A DNA stretch of 33,816 bases from a virus (IMGVR_UViG_2850761752_000005), one strand, 5' to 3'; numbered from the stretch's first letter, positions 20,143 through 31,064 are shown. Numbers and translations are program-made. The notes: a model not told the origin generated them from the sequence alone.

Positions 20143-21171
20143 TGGGAAAGAGTAAGAAGAACCGCGCTGCGGCGACGAAACAGACCCAGCATAAAAACCA
20201 GACTTCAGCCGAAGCATTCAGCTTCGGCGATCCCGTTCCGGTTCTGGACCGCCGTGAACTACTGGACTATGTGGAATGCGTACAGACAGATCGCTGGTAT
20301 GAGCCGCCAGTGAGTTTTGACGGACTGGCGCGCACCTTCCGCGCCGCCGTGCATCACAGTTCACCAATTGCGGTGAAATGCAACATTCTGATCAGTACCT
20401 ACATCCCTCACCCGCTGCTCAGCCAGCAGGCTTTTTCACGTTTTGTGCAGGATTATCTGGTATTTGGTAACGCTTACCTGGAGAAACGCACAAACCGGTT
20501 CGGAGAGGTCATCGCTCTTGAGCCTGCTCTGGCAAAATACACCCGACGCGGATTAGACCTGGATACCTACTGGTTTGTGCAATACGGCATGACCACGCAG
20601 CCGTATCAGTTCACGAAAGGAAGCATCTTTCATCTGATGGAACCGGACATCAACCAAGAGATCTACGGCCTGCCAGGTTACCTTTCTGCCATTCCGTCAG
20701 CCCTGCTCAACGAGTCCGCCACGCTGTTCCGCCGATAGTATTACATTAACGGCAGTCATGCAGGCTTCATCATGTACATGACCGATGCCGCGCAAAACCA
20801 GGAGGATGTGAACAACCTCCGCAATGCGATGAAAAGCGCCAAAGGACCAGGTAACTTCCGCAATCTGTTTATGTACTCGCCTAACGGCAAAAAGGACGGG
20901 CTTCAGATCATCCCGTTGTCAGAAGTCGCGGCGAAGGATGAGTTTCTGAACATCAAGAACGTGAGCCGGGATGACATGATGGCGGCGCATCGTGTGCCAC
21001 CGCAAATGATGGGGATTATGCCTAATAATGTCGGGGGTTTGGGGATGTGGAGAAGGCGAGCCTGGAGTTTGTACGTAACGAGTTAATACCGTTACAAAAA
21101 AGAATGATGGAAATAAATAAATTGGTAAGTGAGAACATTGTTAAATTTGATAGTTATAAACTAGCTACTTA
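20139..21171 (+). pseudogene. Q: portal protein gpQ-like, disrupted by an in-frame amber codon and a frameshift
   Basis: In-frame TAG at 20736..20738 with the same frame continuing to 21086; the final 40 or so codons (...DVEKASLEFVRNELIPLQ...) are in another frame, rejoined by adding one G to the G5 run at 21033..21037. Total span is about 344 codons, as in P2 Q. Confidence 0.75.
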
Positions 21172-21277
21172 ACGTAATCACTAAATGAGGTTCTTTAACA
21201 CAGCTAAAAAATTTATTAATAGCCAGCAGTTTTATGAATTTCTTCAGCGTGCAGATACACGCTGAAGATGCAAAAAA

Positions 21278-22159
21278 TCATATGAGACGACCGTCTGGAC
21301 TTCTGTTACCTAAATGTAATTCACAGAGTATCCACCTAATCACATCAGGTCGAATTAACCCAGCTACAAAAACCGAATTCCAATTATTTTTACCTTTATG
21401 TTTTTCATCCAACAGCAACAACTCGCGAGTCAACAACTCATATACATCGCTATAAGTAGAAAGACTCTTATTCAGTCCTCTAATAACAAGCTCAGGATAT
21501 AAGTAAAACGACTCCCATTGTTCAGACAAATACCCCTTAATATTATTCTTGATAACAACATTATCAAGATGATACTTAACATTGTTATATTCTGGTGACA
21601 TTGGGTCAATTATGATTTTTACATCAATTGTAGGTGTTCGCCCTAATTTAGAAAAATTAGCACATATTAATCTTTGTTTTAATATATTATCAAAATATGG
21701 ATGCAGCATCCGATGGCCTGCAGAATTAGCTATAGTAGTACTTTTGAAAGTATTACATTTGCAAGCAGGAACCAAATTCTTAGTGAATAAAGAAAATTCT
21801 GGATAGTTTTCCTTGGGTAAAACATGATCCAAAGTCCCGCTATGCATTGAACCACACATTGGACATAGAGAGTTAGAATTAGCTGCTCTTATATCATCAA
21901 TTATAGATAAACACTTTGCGGGATTGTTATAATAATATCTCAAAGCTTCAGCAATATTGTTACTCAATACGCCACAAGAATTGACATTAAGATACCCTTT
22001 ATTCTTTATGTACGATCTATATGCATTAAGTATAAATGTATCCTGTCCATTCAGAACAGAATGATGTTTTAATCTCTTATTTGCAGATAGTTTTTTAAAT
22101 GCAGAATAATCTTTAAAAACAGGTCTTTTTAATTTATTCATTTCAATTGCCCATTTCAT
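21278..22159 (-). CDS. HNH endonuclease-domain protein (cargo gene 2)
   Basis: 293-aa ORF in an AT-rich region; motif CPMCG...GTLDHVLP...NLVPACKCN (CxxC, DH, N, CxC); ATG overlaps the ATPase stop by 17 nt. Confidence 0.7.
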   Translation of the reverse strand: MKWAIEMNKLKRPVFKDYSAFKKLSANKRLKHHSVLNGQDTFILNAYRSYIKNKGYLNVNSCGVLSNNIAEALRYYYNNPAKCLSIIDDIRAANSNSLCPMCGSMHSGTLDHVLPKENYPEFSLFTKNLVPACKCNTFKSTTIANSAGHRMLHPYFDNILKQRLICANFSKLGRTPTIDVKIIIDPMSPEYNNVKYHLDNVVIKNNIKGYLSEQWESFYLYPELVIRGLNKSLSTYSDVYELLTRELLLLDEKHKGKNNWNSVFVAGLIRPDVIRWILCELHLGNRSPDGRLI

Positions 22160-23791
22160 TTCTCAACGCAGTTAATACATTAAGTGATAAGTCCTCGCTA
22201 TATTTAGATTCAACATCATCCCAAGACATATTCTTTGCAATTATATTGTTTTTTACTTTATTTAAAATTTGAGTTGGTTCACTCTCACCGAAAACAAAAT
22301 ATGAGATATTTCCTATATTCGCCCCAAAAGTACTCAATCTCGGTTTTTCGCTAACAATTACCCCATCATCTCGTCTTCTGAGTATTGTCACTTGCTCCTT
22401 AAAAACCTCCCGAACAAGATAAACCGAATGCGTTGCTATGATAGCTGAAGAGCCTGTCTTTCTAATAAATTATCAAGCAATGCCATAAATTTATTAATAA
22501 ATGAAGGATGGAGATGTGTTTCTGGCTCATCTATTAATAGAAGAGTCCCATTCTCAATATACAAACAGACTTGTACACAAAACTTAATAAACGATATTTC
22601 CCCACTACTCAAAGGGTAACATTTATTTTCAATAAGCCTCAAAGGCTCGCCAGAGAGAATAATTTCAGAATATAATGATAGTCTAGATTCTTCGCCTCGA
22701 GAATTAAGCTCATTTAATTTAACAAATGGTGAATTTTCACCGCCACATTTGATTACTAAATCGTTGTTACTATTTAGAACACTCAGTGCATCAACAAATA
22801 TATTCCACCTTTGATTATAGCCGATAGCGTCGTTACTCCTCGCTAGTTGCACTATTAAATCATTCAAGTTTAATTTGGATTTTGATTCACGATTTAAAGT
22901 CAATCTTTTGTACCATATCAATGATTTTATTCTTTTATCGGTTGGAAATGAACACTTACTTTCATTTGTTGGAGAAAAAGCAATGAGCCTACTAATTTGA
23001 ATTCGTTCTTCAATGCTCACACCGTTAGAATCAACTACAGCCACCAAATTATCCTTTCCTTTAATCGCAGCCAATGCGATTTCTCTAAGCGTTTGGCTTT
23101 TTCCTACACCATTCTCGCCTATAATTATGGAAATTCTTTTTGGTAAATCATGCTCGTGATCAAAATTAAAAACATAAGATACATCTTCTTCATTAACTTT
23201 ATTCGAATAGCTAATCTTGATGTGCTGTGATAAATTACCCAACTCCTCATATTGAATACCGGAAAGAACTGTTCCTGCATTTTTGAAAGTAAAATACGAC
23301 TCAGACTCTCTAATGAAAGATTTATTAAAGATATCAGAAGAGATTGCTTTTTTCCTCAAATTCTCTGCACTAGCGTCACTTTTCTTAGAAACAACATCAT
23401 TAATGAAATTTAATATATATTTGGATTCATTCACCCCAAAAAATCTTACTAGTCTTCGATAATTATTCATATCCTGAAGCATGACAAAATAATCATTAAA
23501 CCCCTCATCCTTTAAATTAGATTCTTCCTTTTTCTTCACTCGCCTTATCAGTTCTGCTTTTCCATTTCGTTCCTCCTCTGAATTCAAAAAACCAATATAA
23601 CCATTCAGTGAAATTATATCCTTACACTCTTTTTTATTAAAAATAGATATTTCGACTCTACTCAAATATCCAAAATCATTCCAATCGCTTCTTGATGGGA
23701 CTATTTTTATATAATTACCAGAATCAGATATCTGTTGATTATTTGTAATTAAAAAATATAAACTATAATTTTTATTTTTCTTGACTAACAT
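22143..23791 (-). CDS. OLD/ABC-type ATPase with an unrecognised N-terminal domain (cargo gene 1), apparent single-base frameshift
   Basis: Walker A GENGVGKS near residue 225, Walker B LLLIDEPETHLHP and H-loop IIATHS. Read as two ORFs (22436..23791 and 22143..22391); a 1-nt gain within about 22430..22470 gives one protein of about 549 aa. Sample block 22441..22500 has 16 G+C of 60. Confidence 0.7.
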
Positions 23792-23833
23792 TATTACCCT
23801 CTCACTTCATTAGTGATGATTTATTTTGGAATT

Positions 23834-23861
23834 ATTTTACACACTTATACCTAGCGCGCAA
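23834..23861 (-). promoter_or_regulatory. Candidate sigma70 promoter for the ATPase-HNH operon
   Basis: Minus strand TTGCGC, 16-bp spacer, TAAAAT, about 45 nt upstream of the ATPase ATG. Pattern match only. Confidence 0.25.
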
Positions 23862-23879
23862 TCGTATCCCCGCCACGCC
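23861..23879. other. Candidate cos site (cohesive-end region)
   Basis: Minus strand GGCGTGGCGGGGATACGAT; first 13 nt match the recalled P2/186 cohesive-end sequence GGCG(A/T)GGCGGGGA. Confidence 0.4.
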
Positions 23880-23927
23880 TGCCCGCTTTATGTAGAGGTT
23901 TTCATGCACCTGCATGATCTACGCAAA

Positions 23928-23948
23928 AGCCCGCCAGTTCTGGCGGGC
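23928..23948 (-). terminator. Putative terminator downstream of the tum/dinI-like cassette
   Basis: Inverted repeat GCCCGCCAG / CTGGCGGGC with a short loop, followed on the minus strand by TTTTG. Confidence 0.35.
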
Positions 23949-24083
23949 CTTAGCAAAAACGATCCTCAAACGATCATGCGATCTCATGCGGCATAGACAT
24001 GCACTACAGAGCTAACGCCTCGCAAGGGCTCGTTGTTCAACCTTGCTGACGCCAGAAGCTAGTTCAGACGCCAGCAACGTTTC

Positions 24084-24317
24084 TTAATGCAGCCAGCTGT
24101 CGTCTTCCCACACCTTCTGCATAATTTTCATCACTTGTTTTCTTTCTTCGTCCAGTTGCAATCCAGTAAGTTCCACACCGTTAGAGCTACCTTTGCGGAT
24201 ACGAATTACCGTTTTGGGATACAGAGGGCGCAGATTGCGGTAAAGCTCGGATTCAAGAGCGTCCAGGGTAGACTGGCTAATCTTCTGCTCTTTATCGATC
24301 ATTATTTCAATGCGCAT
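24084..24317 (-). CDS. DinI-family protein
   Basis: 77 aa from ATG at 24317, preceded by GAGGTGA; MRIEIMIDK...VMKIMQKVWEDDSWL resembles E. coli DinI. Confidence 0.75.
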   Translation of the reverse strand: MRIEIMIDKEQKISQSTLDALESELYRNLRPLYPKTVIRIRKGSSNGVELTGLQLDEERKQVMKIMQKVWEDDSWLH

Positions 24318-24327
24318 AAAAGTCACC

Positions 24328-24516
24328 TCAGCTGATGACATCCATTGAGCGGTTGTATTCGTGGGTTCTGATTTTTGCCATGAGTTCATCAGTCAATTCA
24401 GAAACCCACTGCAGAGCCAGCCCCTTCTCTTCATCACTACACTCACTAGCCGCTACAAGCTTAAGAAAAAAATCAATGCGCTGGAGCTTCAAAGACTCCA
24501 AAAAATAGTCCTGCAT
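24328..24516 (-). CDS. small SOS-regulated protein, candidate Tum-like antirepressor N-terminal module
   Basis: 62 aa from ATG at 24516, preceded by AGGAGG; LexA box 44 to 59 nt upstream; stop lies 10 nt before the DinI-like ATG. Confidence 0.55.
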   Translation of the reverse strand: MQDYFLESLKLQRIDFFLKLVAASECSDEEKGLALQWVSELTDELMAKIRTHEYNRSMDVIS

Positions 24517-24557
24517 CTTTCCTCCTATGACACCACACGCAATACTGTATGCATAAC

Positions 24558-24577
24558 CACTGTTTATATTTACAGTA
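24558..24577 (-). promoter_or_regulatory. LexA (SOS) box overlapping the cassette promoter
   Basis: Minus strand TACTGTAAATATAAACAGTG, a full CTGT-N8-ACAG match; TATACT -10-like hexamer overlaps its 5' edge. Confidence 0.7.
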
Positions 24578-24669
24578 TATAATAATCTTACTGATGTAAA
24601 ACGTTTTTTTACGTTCATCAGCCTGATATGCCTGGTATTATTAAGAGCACGAATTGTTAACCCGCGTAA

Positions 24670-27084
24670 TTAATACAGGTTCCGCCACTGATCATCTTCC
24701 TGCAAACGCTGGTTCCGATAGAAGATACGCAGGCCTGCTCCTGACGGAATACTGCCTCCGCGAAGGAGTAAATCGACCTCTTTCTCGCTGCCATCAAATC
24801 CTCTGGACTTCAGCTCATACACGAGCTGCAGTCGCTGATGGTCTGTAATTCGCTGTTTGTAGTCTTTACGCCGTTTCGGTTTCACCAGGCGTAACCTTGC
24901 TGCCAGTTCCCGGCGCTCTTTTTTGCTCATACTGTGCAGGTAATCGTGCAACTCCTTGTCATCCATGCTGGTAATGTCCGTTCTGGGGTTCCCATCAGCT
25001 GATTTATCTTTCTCCTGTTGGTTCAAATTTTCAGCAAGGAGACAGTTATTGCCACGAGTCCAAGGGGCGCAAGCGCCCTGGTCGGCTGCCGCCTCCTGAA
25101 CGTCAACGGCTTTACGAACCATTTTCCACTTCACTGCATGAGTGCAGATCTTGCCTTCTGCAATGGGTGACCAGATGCCATAAATACGAATACCGTGATC
25201 GCCATAGGCGGTCGGCTCTTCATTGATTTCATAAGCGGTTCTGATCAAGTGATATTTGCGAGGAACCAGCACGCCGCCCTGCCTCATAATGTAGGTGGCA
25301 AAACAGCCAGCATCAGCAGCAGCCAGGATGGCATCAAGGCGCGGGTTATCCAGTACCGGCGCACCTGCTTTTTTGTCACCCTGCTGCCTTGCCGCCTGAC
25401 CAGCCAACAACCGCAGTTCACGGTAAGCCTGACGCCCTGGAATACCAAAGAAGCGGAATTGCTGAACACGATGCAGAGACGCCCAGGGATTAACGTATTC
25501 AGCGTTATCACGCAGGGATTTACCCGTTTCCTTGCTGATCTCGCCAGCCAGACCACGCCCGTCAATGTTCTTACTGATGTATTTCGCGATGTAGCTTGTC
25601 GGCGTTCCTTTGCGCGGGTTTATCAGCTCAGATTTAAAGCGTGGACCAGTGTTATTACCCAGTTCCTCGCGGTCTTCACGGATGGCAAACTTACGCAACA
25701 ATGCAGTAATGGCGCGGCGGTCTTTTTTGCGCATAAAACACAACAGGTGCCAGTGAACTGTACCGTCATGATGCGGCTCAGCCACCCGCACGCCATACCA
25801 GCGCAACCCGGCTTTGTGCATCGCCTTACGAAATGCAGCAAACATGCCGACCAGATAATCGCTGCTTTGTCTTACCGTCGCATTTGTCCAGGTTGGGTTT
25901 GGTCTGCCGTTATTGAGCGTGGAATGGAAACGTGACGGACAGGTAATGGTGTAGAAAACGGCGCAGTCACCGCGCATTTCCGCGATAAGCTCCAGACCTT
26001 TAACACAGGCCATCATCTCATTGCGGCGGTGCGCCGGGTTGCTGCTGCTGGCGTTTACCACGTCTTCCATATCCAGCGTGTCGCCCTCTTCGTTCACCAG
26101 TTCATGAGAACGGAAAAACTCCAATGACTTGCGGCGCTGCTCACGTTTATGCATCACGGCTTCATAGCTGACATAGGGAGATGCTTTTTTGCTGACCAGG
26201 CAGACAGCACGCAACTGCTCTTCCCGCCATTCGCAACGCATTTTCCATAATTTCCGGTACCACCAGTCGGCGCACAACATACGCGCCAGCGAACCCGGAA
26301 TGAGTTCATAGGGCACGGGTTTACGGCGGTTTCTTTTCCGACGGAGTTGCTCAAACGCAGGCGGGATGACATCCAGACGCAGGGTTTCCGCTGCCACCTT
26401 TTCCCATGTCTTGCGGATTTCTTCTGGCTTAACGTCATCGGTGGCATACAAATCACCACAAGCTGCATCAAGGCACATGCTCATATGCGCAGCGACAAGG
26501 GTAGACAGGCGTTTCACCTGATCCTGACTCATTTCAGGCAGAATCAGCAGGCCGTCCAGCCCTACATGGCTTGCCATAAAACGAAAAGATGCAGATAGCT
26601 GGCTGTCGCGTACATGCTCCAGTCGTTCCAGACATGGCTTAATCGTCTCACGTAAATAGCGGGAATAAGCCTTTGGCCTGCCCAGGCTGCTGAAGTATTC
26701 AATACGTTGCATCAGCGGCTTGCTGATATGGGAAGGCTGGGCGTTGACGTCCGCCAGAATGACCATATCCGGATTAAAACGCTGCTGCTCATGCGCCAGC
26801 TTTGCCCGGCTAATGAGCTTATCCTGCTCCATTTCGTGCTGGACAGGATCACGTGATTCATAAAAAAAATAACGCTCCCAGACCTGATCACTCAGTGCCT
26901 CGCGGCGCAACTGTTCCTGCTCGTTATCGGCAGCGTACAGAGTGATCAGGTTTGAAAGCGCAGAAACCGGCGCAACTTCCGCCGGGTCCAGATAAGGGTT
27001 AATGGCCTTTTTCGGGCTGTTCCATGAGAACGCTGCGGCAGCCTCGTTAAAGCCGCAGCAGTTGTTCATATCGGCATGGCTCAT
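24670..27084 (-). CDS. A: replication initiation protein gpA-like (rolling-circle initiator)
   Basis: 804-aa ORF (P2 A is 761 aa); ATG overlaps the dam' stop. Confidence 0.85.
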   Translation of the reverse strand: MSHADMNNCCGFNEAAAAFSWNSPKKAINPYLDPAEVAPVSALSNLITLYAADNEQEQLRREALSDQVWERYFFYESRDPVQHEMEQDKLISRAKLAHEQQRFNPDMVILADVNAQPSHISKPLMQRIEYFSSLGRPKAYSRYLRETIKPCLERLEHVRDSQLSASFRFMASHVGLDGLLILPEMSQDQVKRLSTLVAAHMSMCLDAACGDLYATDDVKPEEIRKTWEKVAAETLRLDVIPPAFEQLRRKRNRRKPVPYELIPGSLARMLCADWWYRKLWKMRCEWREEQLRAVCLVSKKASPYVSYEAVMHKREQRRKSLEFFRSHELVNEEGDTLDMEDVVNASSSNPAHRRNEMMACVKGLELIAEMRGDCAVFYTITCPSRFHSTLNNGRPNPTWTNATVRQSSDYLVGMFAAFRKAMHKAGLRWYGVRVAEPHHDGTVHWHLLCFMRKKDRRAITALLRKFAIREDREELGNNTGPRFKSELINPRKGTPTSYIAKYISKNIDGRGLAGEISKETGKSLRDNAEYVNPWASLHRVQQFRFFGIPGRQAYRELRLLAGQAARQQGDKKAGAPVLDNPRLDAILAAADAGCFATYIMRQGGVLVPRKYHLIRTAYEINEEPTAYGDHGIRIYGIWSPIAEGKICTHAVKWKMVRKAVDVQEAAADQGACAPWTRGNNCLLAENLNQQEKDKSADGNPRTDITSMDDKELHDYLHSMSKKERRELAARLRLVKPKRRKDYKQRITDHQRLQLVYELKSRGFDGSEKEVDLLLRGGSIPSGAGLRIFYRNQRLQEDDQWRNLY

Positions 27085-27720
27085 GCACGTACTCCGTACA
27101 CGGCAGAACTATCCACGCCACGCGAATAATCAAATCCCACCCAGCAGCGCGGCCCGGAAACAGCAATGATTTCTGTTGCTGATTTACCCTCGCCAGCTGC
27201 CACACCGATGCTGCGTTTTACCTTGATATAGTGGTGAGTAAAATTGCGATACAGCGAACGGATCAGGGATGTGTCACTGTTAGAAACAATGACCGGATGT
27301 CCTTCTGATGACCGATGTTCAAGAACGGATGCTAGGTGATACTGGTCATCTTCAGTGAAACCATCAGTGTGATAGCCGGAAAACGTACCGTCATACGGTG
27401 GATCGCAATACACCACATCCCCCGCCTTCAACATCGCCAGCGTTTCATCAAAGCTGGCGCAGATAAACGTTGCTCGCTGGGCTTTTTCTGCAAATGCGCG
27501 AATTTCTTTTTCAGGGAAATACGGATTTTTATAATTGCCGTAGGGAATGTTGAAATGCCCGCTCTTGTTATAGCGACATAAACCACGGTAACCGTGACGA
27601 TTGAGATACAGGAAATATACCGCTTTCATGAAATCAGTAATTTCAGTTGAGTAATTAAACTCCTGCCTTATGTTGTAATAAGCCACCTCCCTGTTTGCGA
27701 TCTCAAATAAAACTCTGGCG
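27081..27720 (-). pseudogene. Dam-like N6-adenine DNA methyltransferase, 5'-truncated by IS911
   Basis: DPPY motif and a strong match to recalled E. coli Dam from about residue 75 onward; frame is open right up to the IS911 end at 27721; the N-terminal AdoMet-binding region is missing. Confidence 0.75.
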
Positions 27721-27728
27721 TGAAGTGG

Positions 27729-28897
<1,169 letters not shown>

Positions 28898-28969
28898 TGG
28901 AGCACCTGTGTTGTTCTGAGGTGAGCATATCACCTCTGTTCAGGTGGCCAAATTCAGTGTGCCACTTCA

Positions 28970-29146
28970 AAGCAGCCAGATTTCTGGTGCGGTTAATAAA
29001 TGAGGCTGAGCTGGGTTCAGCTTGTTCCGCAGAATCTGCACATTCATGCCTGCACGTTCTGCCAGTTGCACCAGATTGTGGCGCAGTGCAAATGCACGAC
29101 AGGCTTCATCAAAATGTGGATGTTTGGAAACTTGGTAATCAAACAT
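28970..29146 (-). pseudogene. cII: 186 CII-like protein, 3'-truncated by IS911
   Basis: [19 protein letters not shown]... resembles recalled 186 CII; the frame runs into the IS911 terminus and stops at the IS-encoded TGA. Confidence 0.6.
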
Positions 29147-29178
29147 GGTCAATGCCTCTGATGTATTTCAGAATCGAA

Positions 29179-29400
29179 CTAATTAAGGTTTAGATTGCAT
29201 TCTGAAAGCGCATCAACGGTCATTGCTGCTATGTTGATCATCACTTTTTCGCGTTTTTTATCTTTGCGCAGACGGTGACGGATAAGGCGTCCATCAGCCA
29301 ACATGTCATTGATGGTATCGATGGATAGCCCTGTCAGCTCGCTATAGCGTTCAATAGTCACATGAGGCGTGGTAAGAGTGATTGAAATGTTAGGTCTCAT
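29179..29400 (-). CDS. apl: 186 Apl-like excisionase / repressor
   Basis: 73-aa HTH ORF divergent from cI, upstream of cII. Confidence 0.65.
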   Translation of the reverse strand: MRPNISITLTTPHVTIERYSELTGLSIDTINDMLADGRLIRHRLRKDKKREKVMINIAAMTVDALSECNLNLN

Positions 29401-29472
29401 GATGCAACATTCCTCGTTTAATGATGATTAATCAGGACGAATACGGATCGTTTGTATTTTGTGAACACCATA

Positions 29473-29501
29473 AACATATGATTGCACAGTGAAATCGTCA
29501 A
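29473..29501 (-). promoter_or_regulatory. Candidate lytic promoter pR driving apl-cII
   Basis: Minus strand TTGACG, 17-bp spacer, TATGTT in the cI/apl intergenic region. Pattern match only. Confidence 0.35.
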
Positions 29502-29525
29502 GATAAAAGTTCACTTGGAGTGACC

Positions 29526-30095
29526 ATGAATTTGGAGAAAGGCGGACGAGGCGCCATAGAGCGCATGGTAGAAGCTTATGGATTCAAGACTCGACAGGCG
29601 TTGTGCGATCATTTAGGAATCTCTAAAAGTACACTCGCCACACGCTACATGCGTGACTCATTCCCAGCAGAATGGGTAATCCAGTGCGCCCTTGAAACGG
29701 GCACCTCGCTTAATTGGCTCACAACCGGACATGGTTCAAAGCAAACTTCAGGTAATACAAATACTATGGAAGTTGCTAAATATGTATTATCTGATGGTGC
29801 CTTGCGTGAAGACGGTTTTTATATTTTTGATAAGGGATTTCTACCCTCTACGTTTAAAAAACCTTTTGTCATCACAGATAACAATTCTGAATTTATTTGT
29901 GATAAAGAATTTGATGACATACGTGATGGTAAATGGGTAATAAGTATTGATGGCGAAGTAACGATCCGTGACATTACTCGTTTACCCGGTGGAAGAATCT
30001 TCGTCGAGGGTGGAAACAGAGCCTTCGAATGTAAGATAGAAGACATTGAAATAATTGGTAAAATTATAAGTTTAACAGTTAAATATGTTAGATAA
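29526..30095 (+). CDS. cI: 186 CI-like immunity repressor
   Basis: 190 aa from ATG at 29526 after GGAG (the ORF track starts at a GTG at 29520); N-terminal HTH. Confidence 0.7.
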   Translation: MNLEKGGRGAIERMVEAYGFKTRQALCDHLGISKSTLATRYMRDSFPAEWVIQCALETGTSLNWLTTGHGSKQTSGNTNTMEVAKYVLSDGALREDGFYIFDKGFLPSTFKKPFVITDNNSEFICDKEFDDIRDGKWVISIDGEVTIRDITRLPGGRIFVEGGNRAFECKIEDIEIIGKIISLTVKYVR

Positions 30096-30110
30096 TACCG
30101 GGAGGAAACT

Positions 30111-30302
30111 ATGCTTGGTAAAGTATTTTTTGTGGTTTTATCATGCTCTTTGTTATTAAGCCCACTAACTACCTATGCTAAAAATTATCCTTGTTCTGGG
30201 AAAAAGGGAGGTGTCTCTCACTGTACCTCCGATGGAAAATTTGTTTGCAATGATGGAACTATTAGTAAATCCAAAAAAATCTGTACTAAAAACTCACGAT
30301 AA
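30111..30302 (+). CDS. small secreted Cys-rich protein of unknown function (candidate moron)
   Basis: 63-aa ORF with strong GGGAGG site; N-terminal signal peptide and four Cys in the mature part; 16 nt after the cI stop. Confidence 0.5.
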   Translation: MLGKVFFVVLSCSLLLSPLTTYAKNYPCSGKKGGVSHCTSDGKFVCNDGTISKSKKICTKNSR

Positions 30303-30311
30303 CTTTTGCTT
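30303..30311. repeat. 9-bp target-site duplication CTTTTGCTT of IS1 copy 2 (left)
   Basis: Identical 9-mer at 32393..32401. Confidence 0.85.
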
Positions 30312-30366
30312 GGTAATGCTGCCAACTTACTGATTTAGTGTATGATGGTGATTTTAAGGTGCTTGC

Positions 30367-30642
30367 GTGGCTTCCATTTCCATCAGATGTCCTTCCTGCT
30401 CCGCTACTGAAGGCGTGGTGCGTAACGGCAAAAGCACTGCCGGACATCAGCGCTATCTCTGCTCTCATTGCCGTAAAACATGGCAACTACAGTTCACTTA
30501 CACCGCCTCTCAGCCCGGTACGCACCAGAAAATCATTGATATGGCCATGAATGGCGTCGGATGTCGCGCCAGTGCACGCATTATGGGCGTTGGCCTCAAC
30601 ACGGTTTTACGTCACTTAAAAAACTCAGGCCGCAGTCGGTAA
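30367..30642 (+). CDS. insA: IS1 InsA
   Basis: Identical 91-aa protein to copy 1. Confidence 0.95.
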   Translation: MASISIRCPSCSATEGVVRNGKSTAGHQRYLCSHCRKTWQLQFTYTASQPGTHQKIIDMAMNGVGCRASARIMGVGLNTVLRHLKNSGRSR

Positions 30643-31064
30643 CCTCGCGCATACAACCGGGCAGTGATGTGATTGTCTGCGCTGAAATGGACGAACAGTG
30701 GGGCTACGTCGGTGCTAAATCACGTCAGCGCTGGCTGTTTTACGCGTATGACAGGATACGGAGGACGGTTGTGGCGCACGTCTTCGGTGAACGCACTCTG
30801 GCCACACTGGAGCGTCTTCTGAGCCTGCTGTCGGCCTTTGAGGTCGTGGTATGGATGACGGATGGCTGGCCGCTGTATGAATCACGCCTGAAGGGAAAGC
30901 TGCACGTTATCAGCAAGCGTTACACTCAGCGCATTGAGCGACATAATCTGAATCTGAGACAACATCTGGCAAGGCTGGGACGGAAGTCACTGTCGTTCTC
31001 AAAATCGGTGGAGCTGCATGACAAGGTCATCGGGCATTATCTGAACATAAAACACTATCAGTAA
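30561..31064 (+). CDS. insB: IS1 InsB
   Basis: Identical 167-aa protein to copy 1. Confidence 0.95.
   Translation: MSRQCTHYGRWPQHGFTSLKKLRPQSVTSRIQPGSDVIVCAEMDEQWGYVGAKSRQRWLFYAYDRIRRTVVAHVFGERTLATLERLLSLLSAFEVVVWMTDGWPLYESRLKGKLHVISKRYTQRIERHNLNLRQHLARLGRKSLSFSKSVELHDKVIGHYLNIKHYQ

Noticed and set aside
21278-23791. Cargo module as a P2 Old homologue, PARIS or Gabija
   Set aside because: The partner carries an HNH motif rather than a Toprim/DUF4435 domain or UvrD-like helicase, and the ATPase is not fused to a nuclease; Septu-like or unclassified fits better. Needs HMM confirmation.
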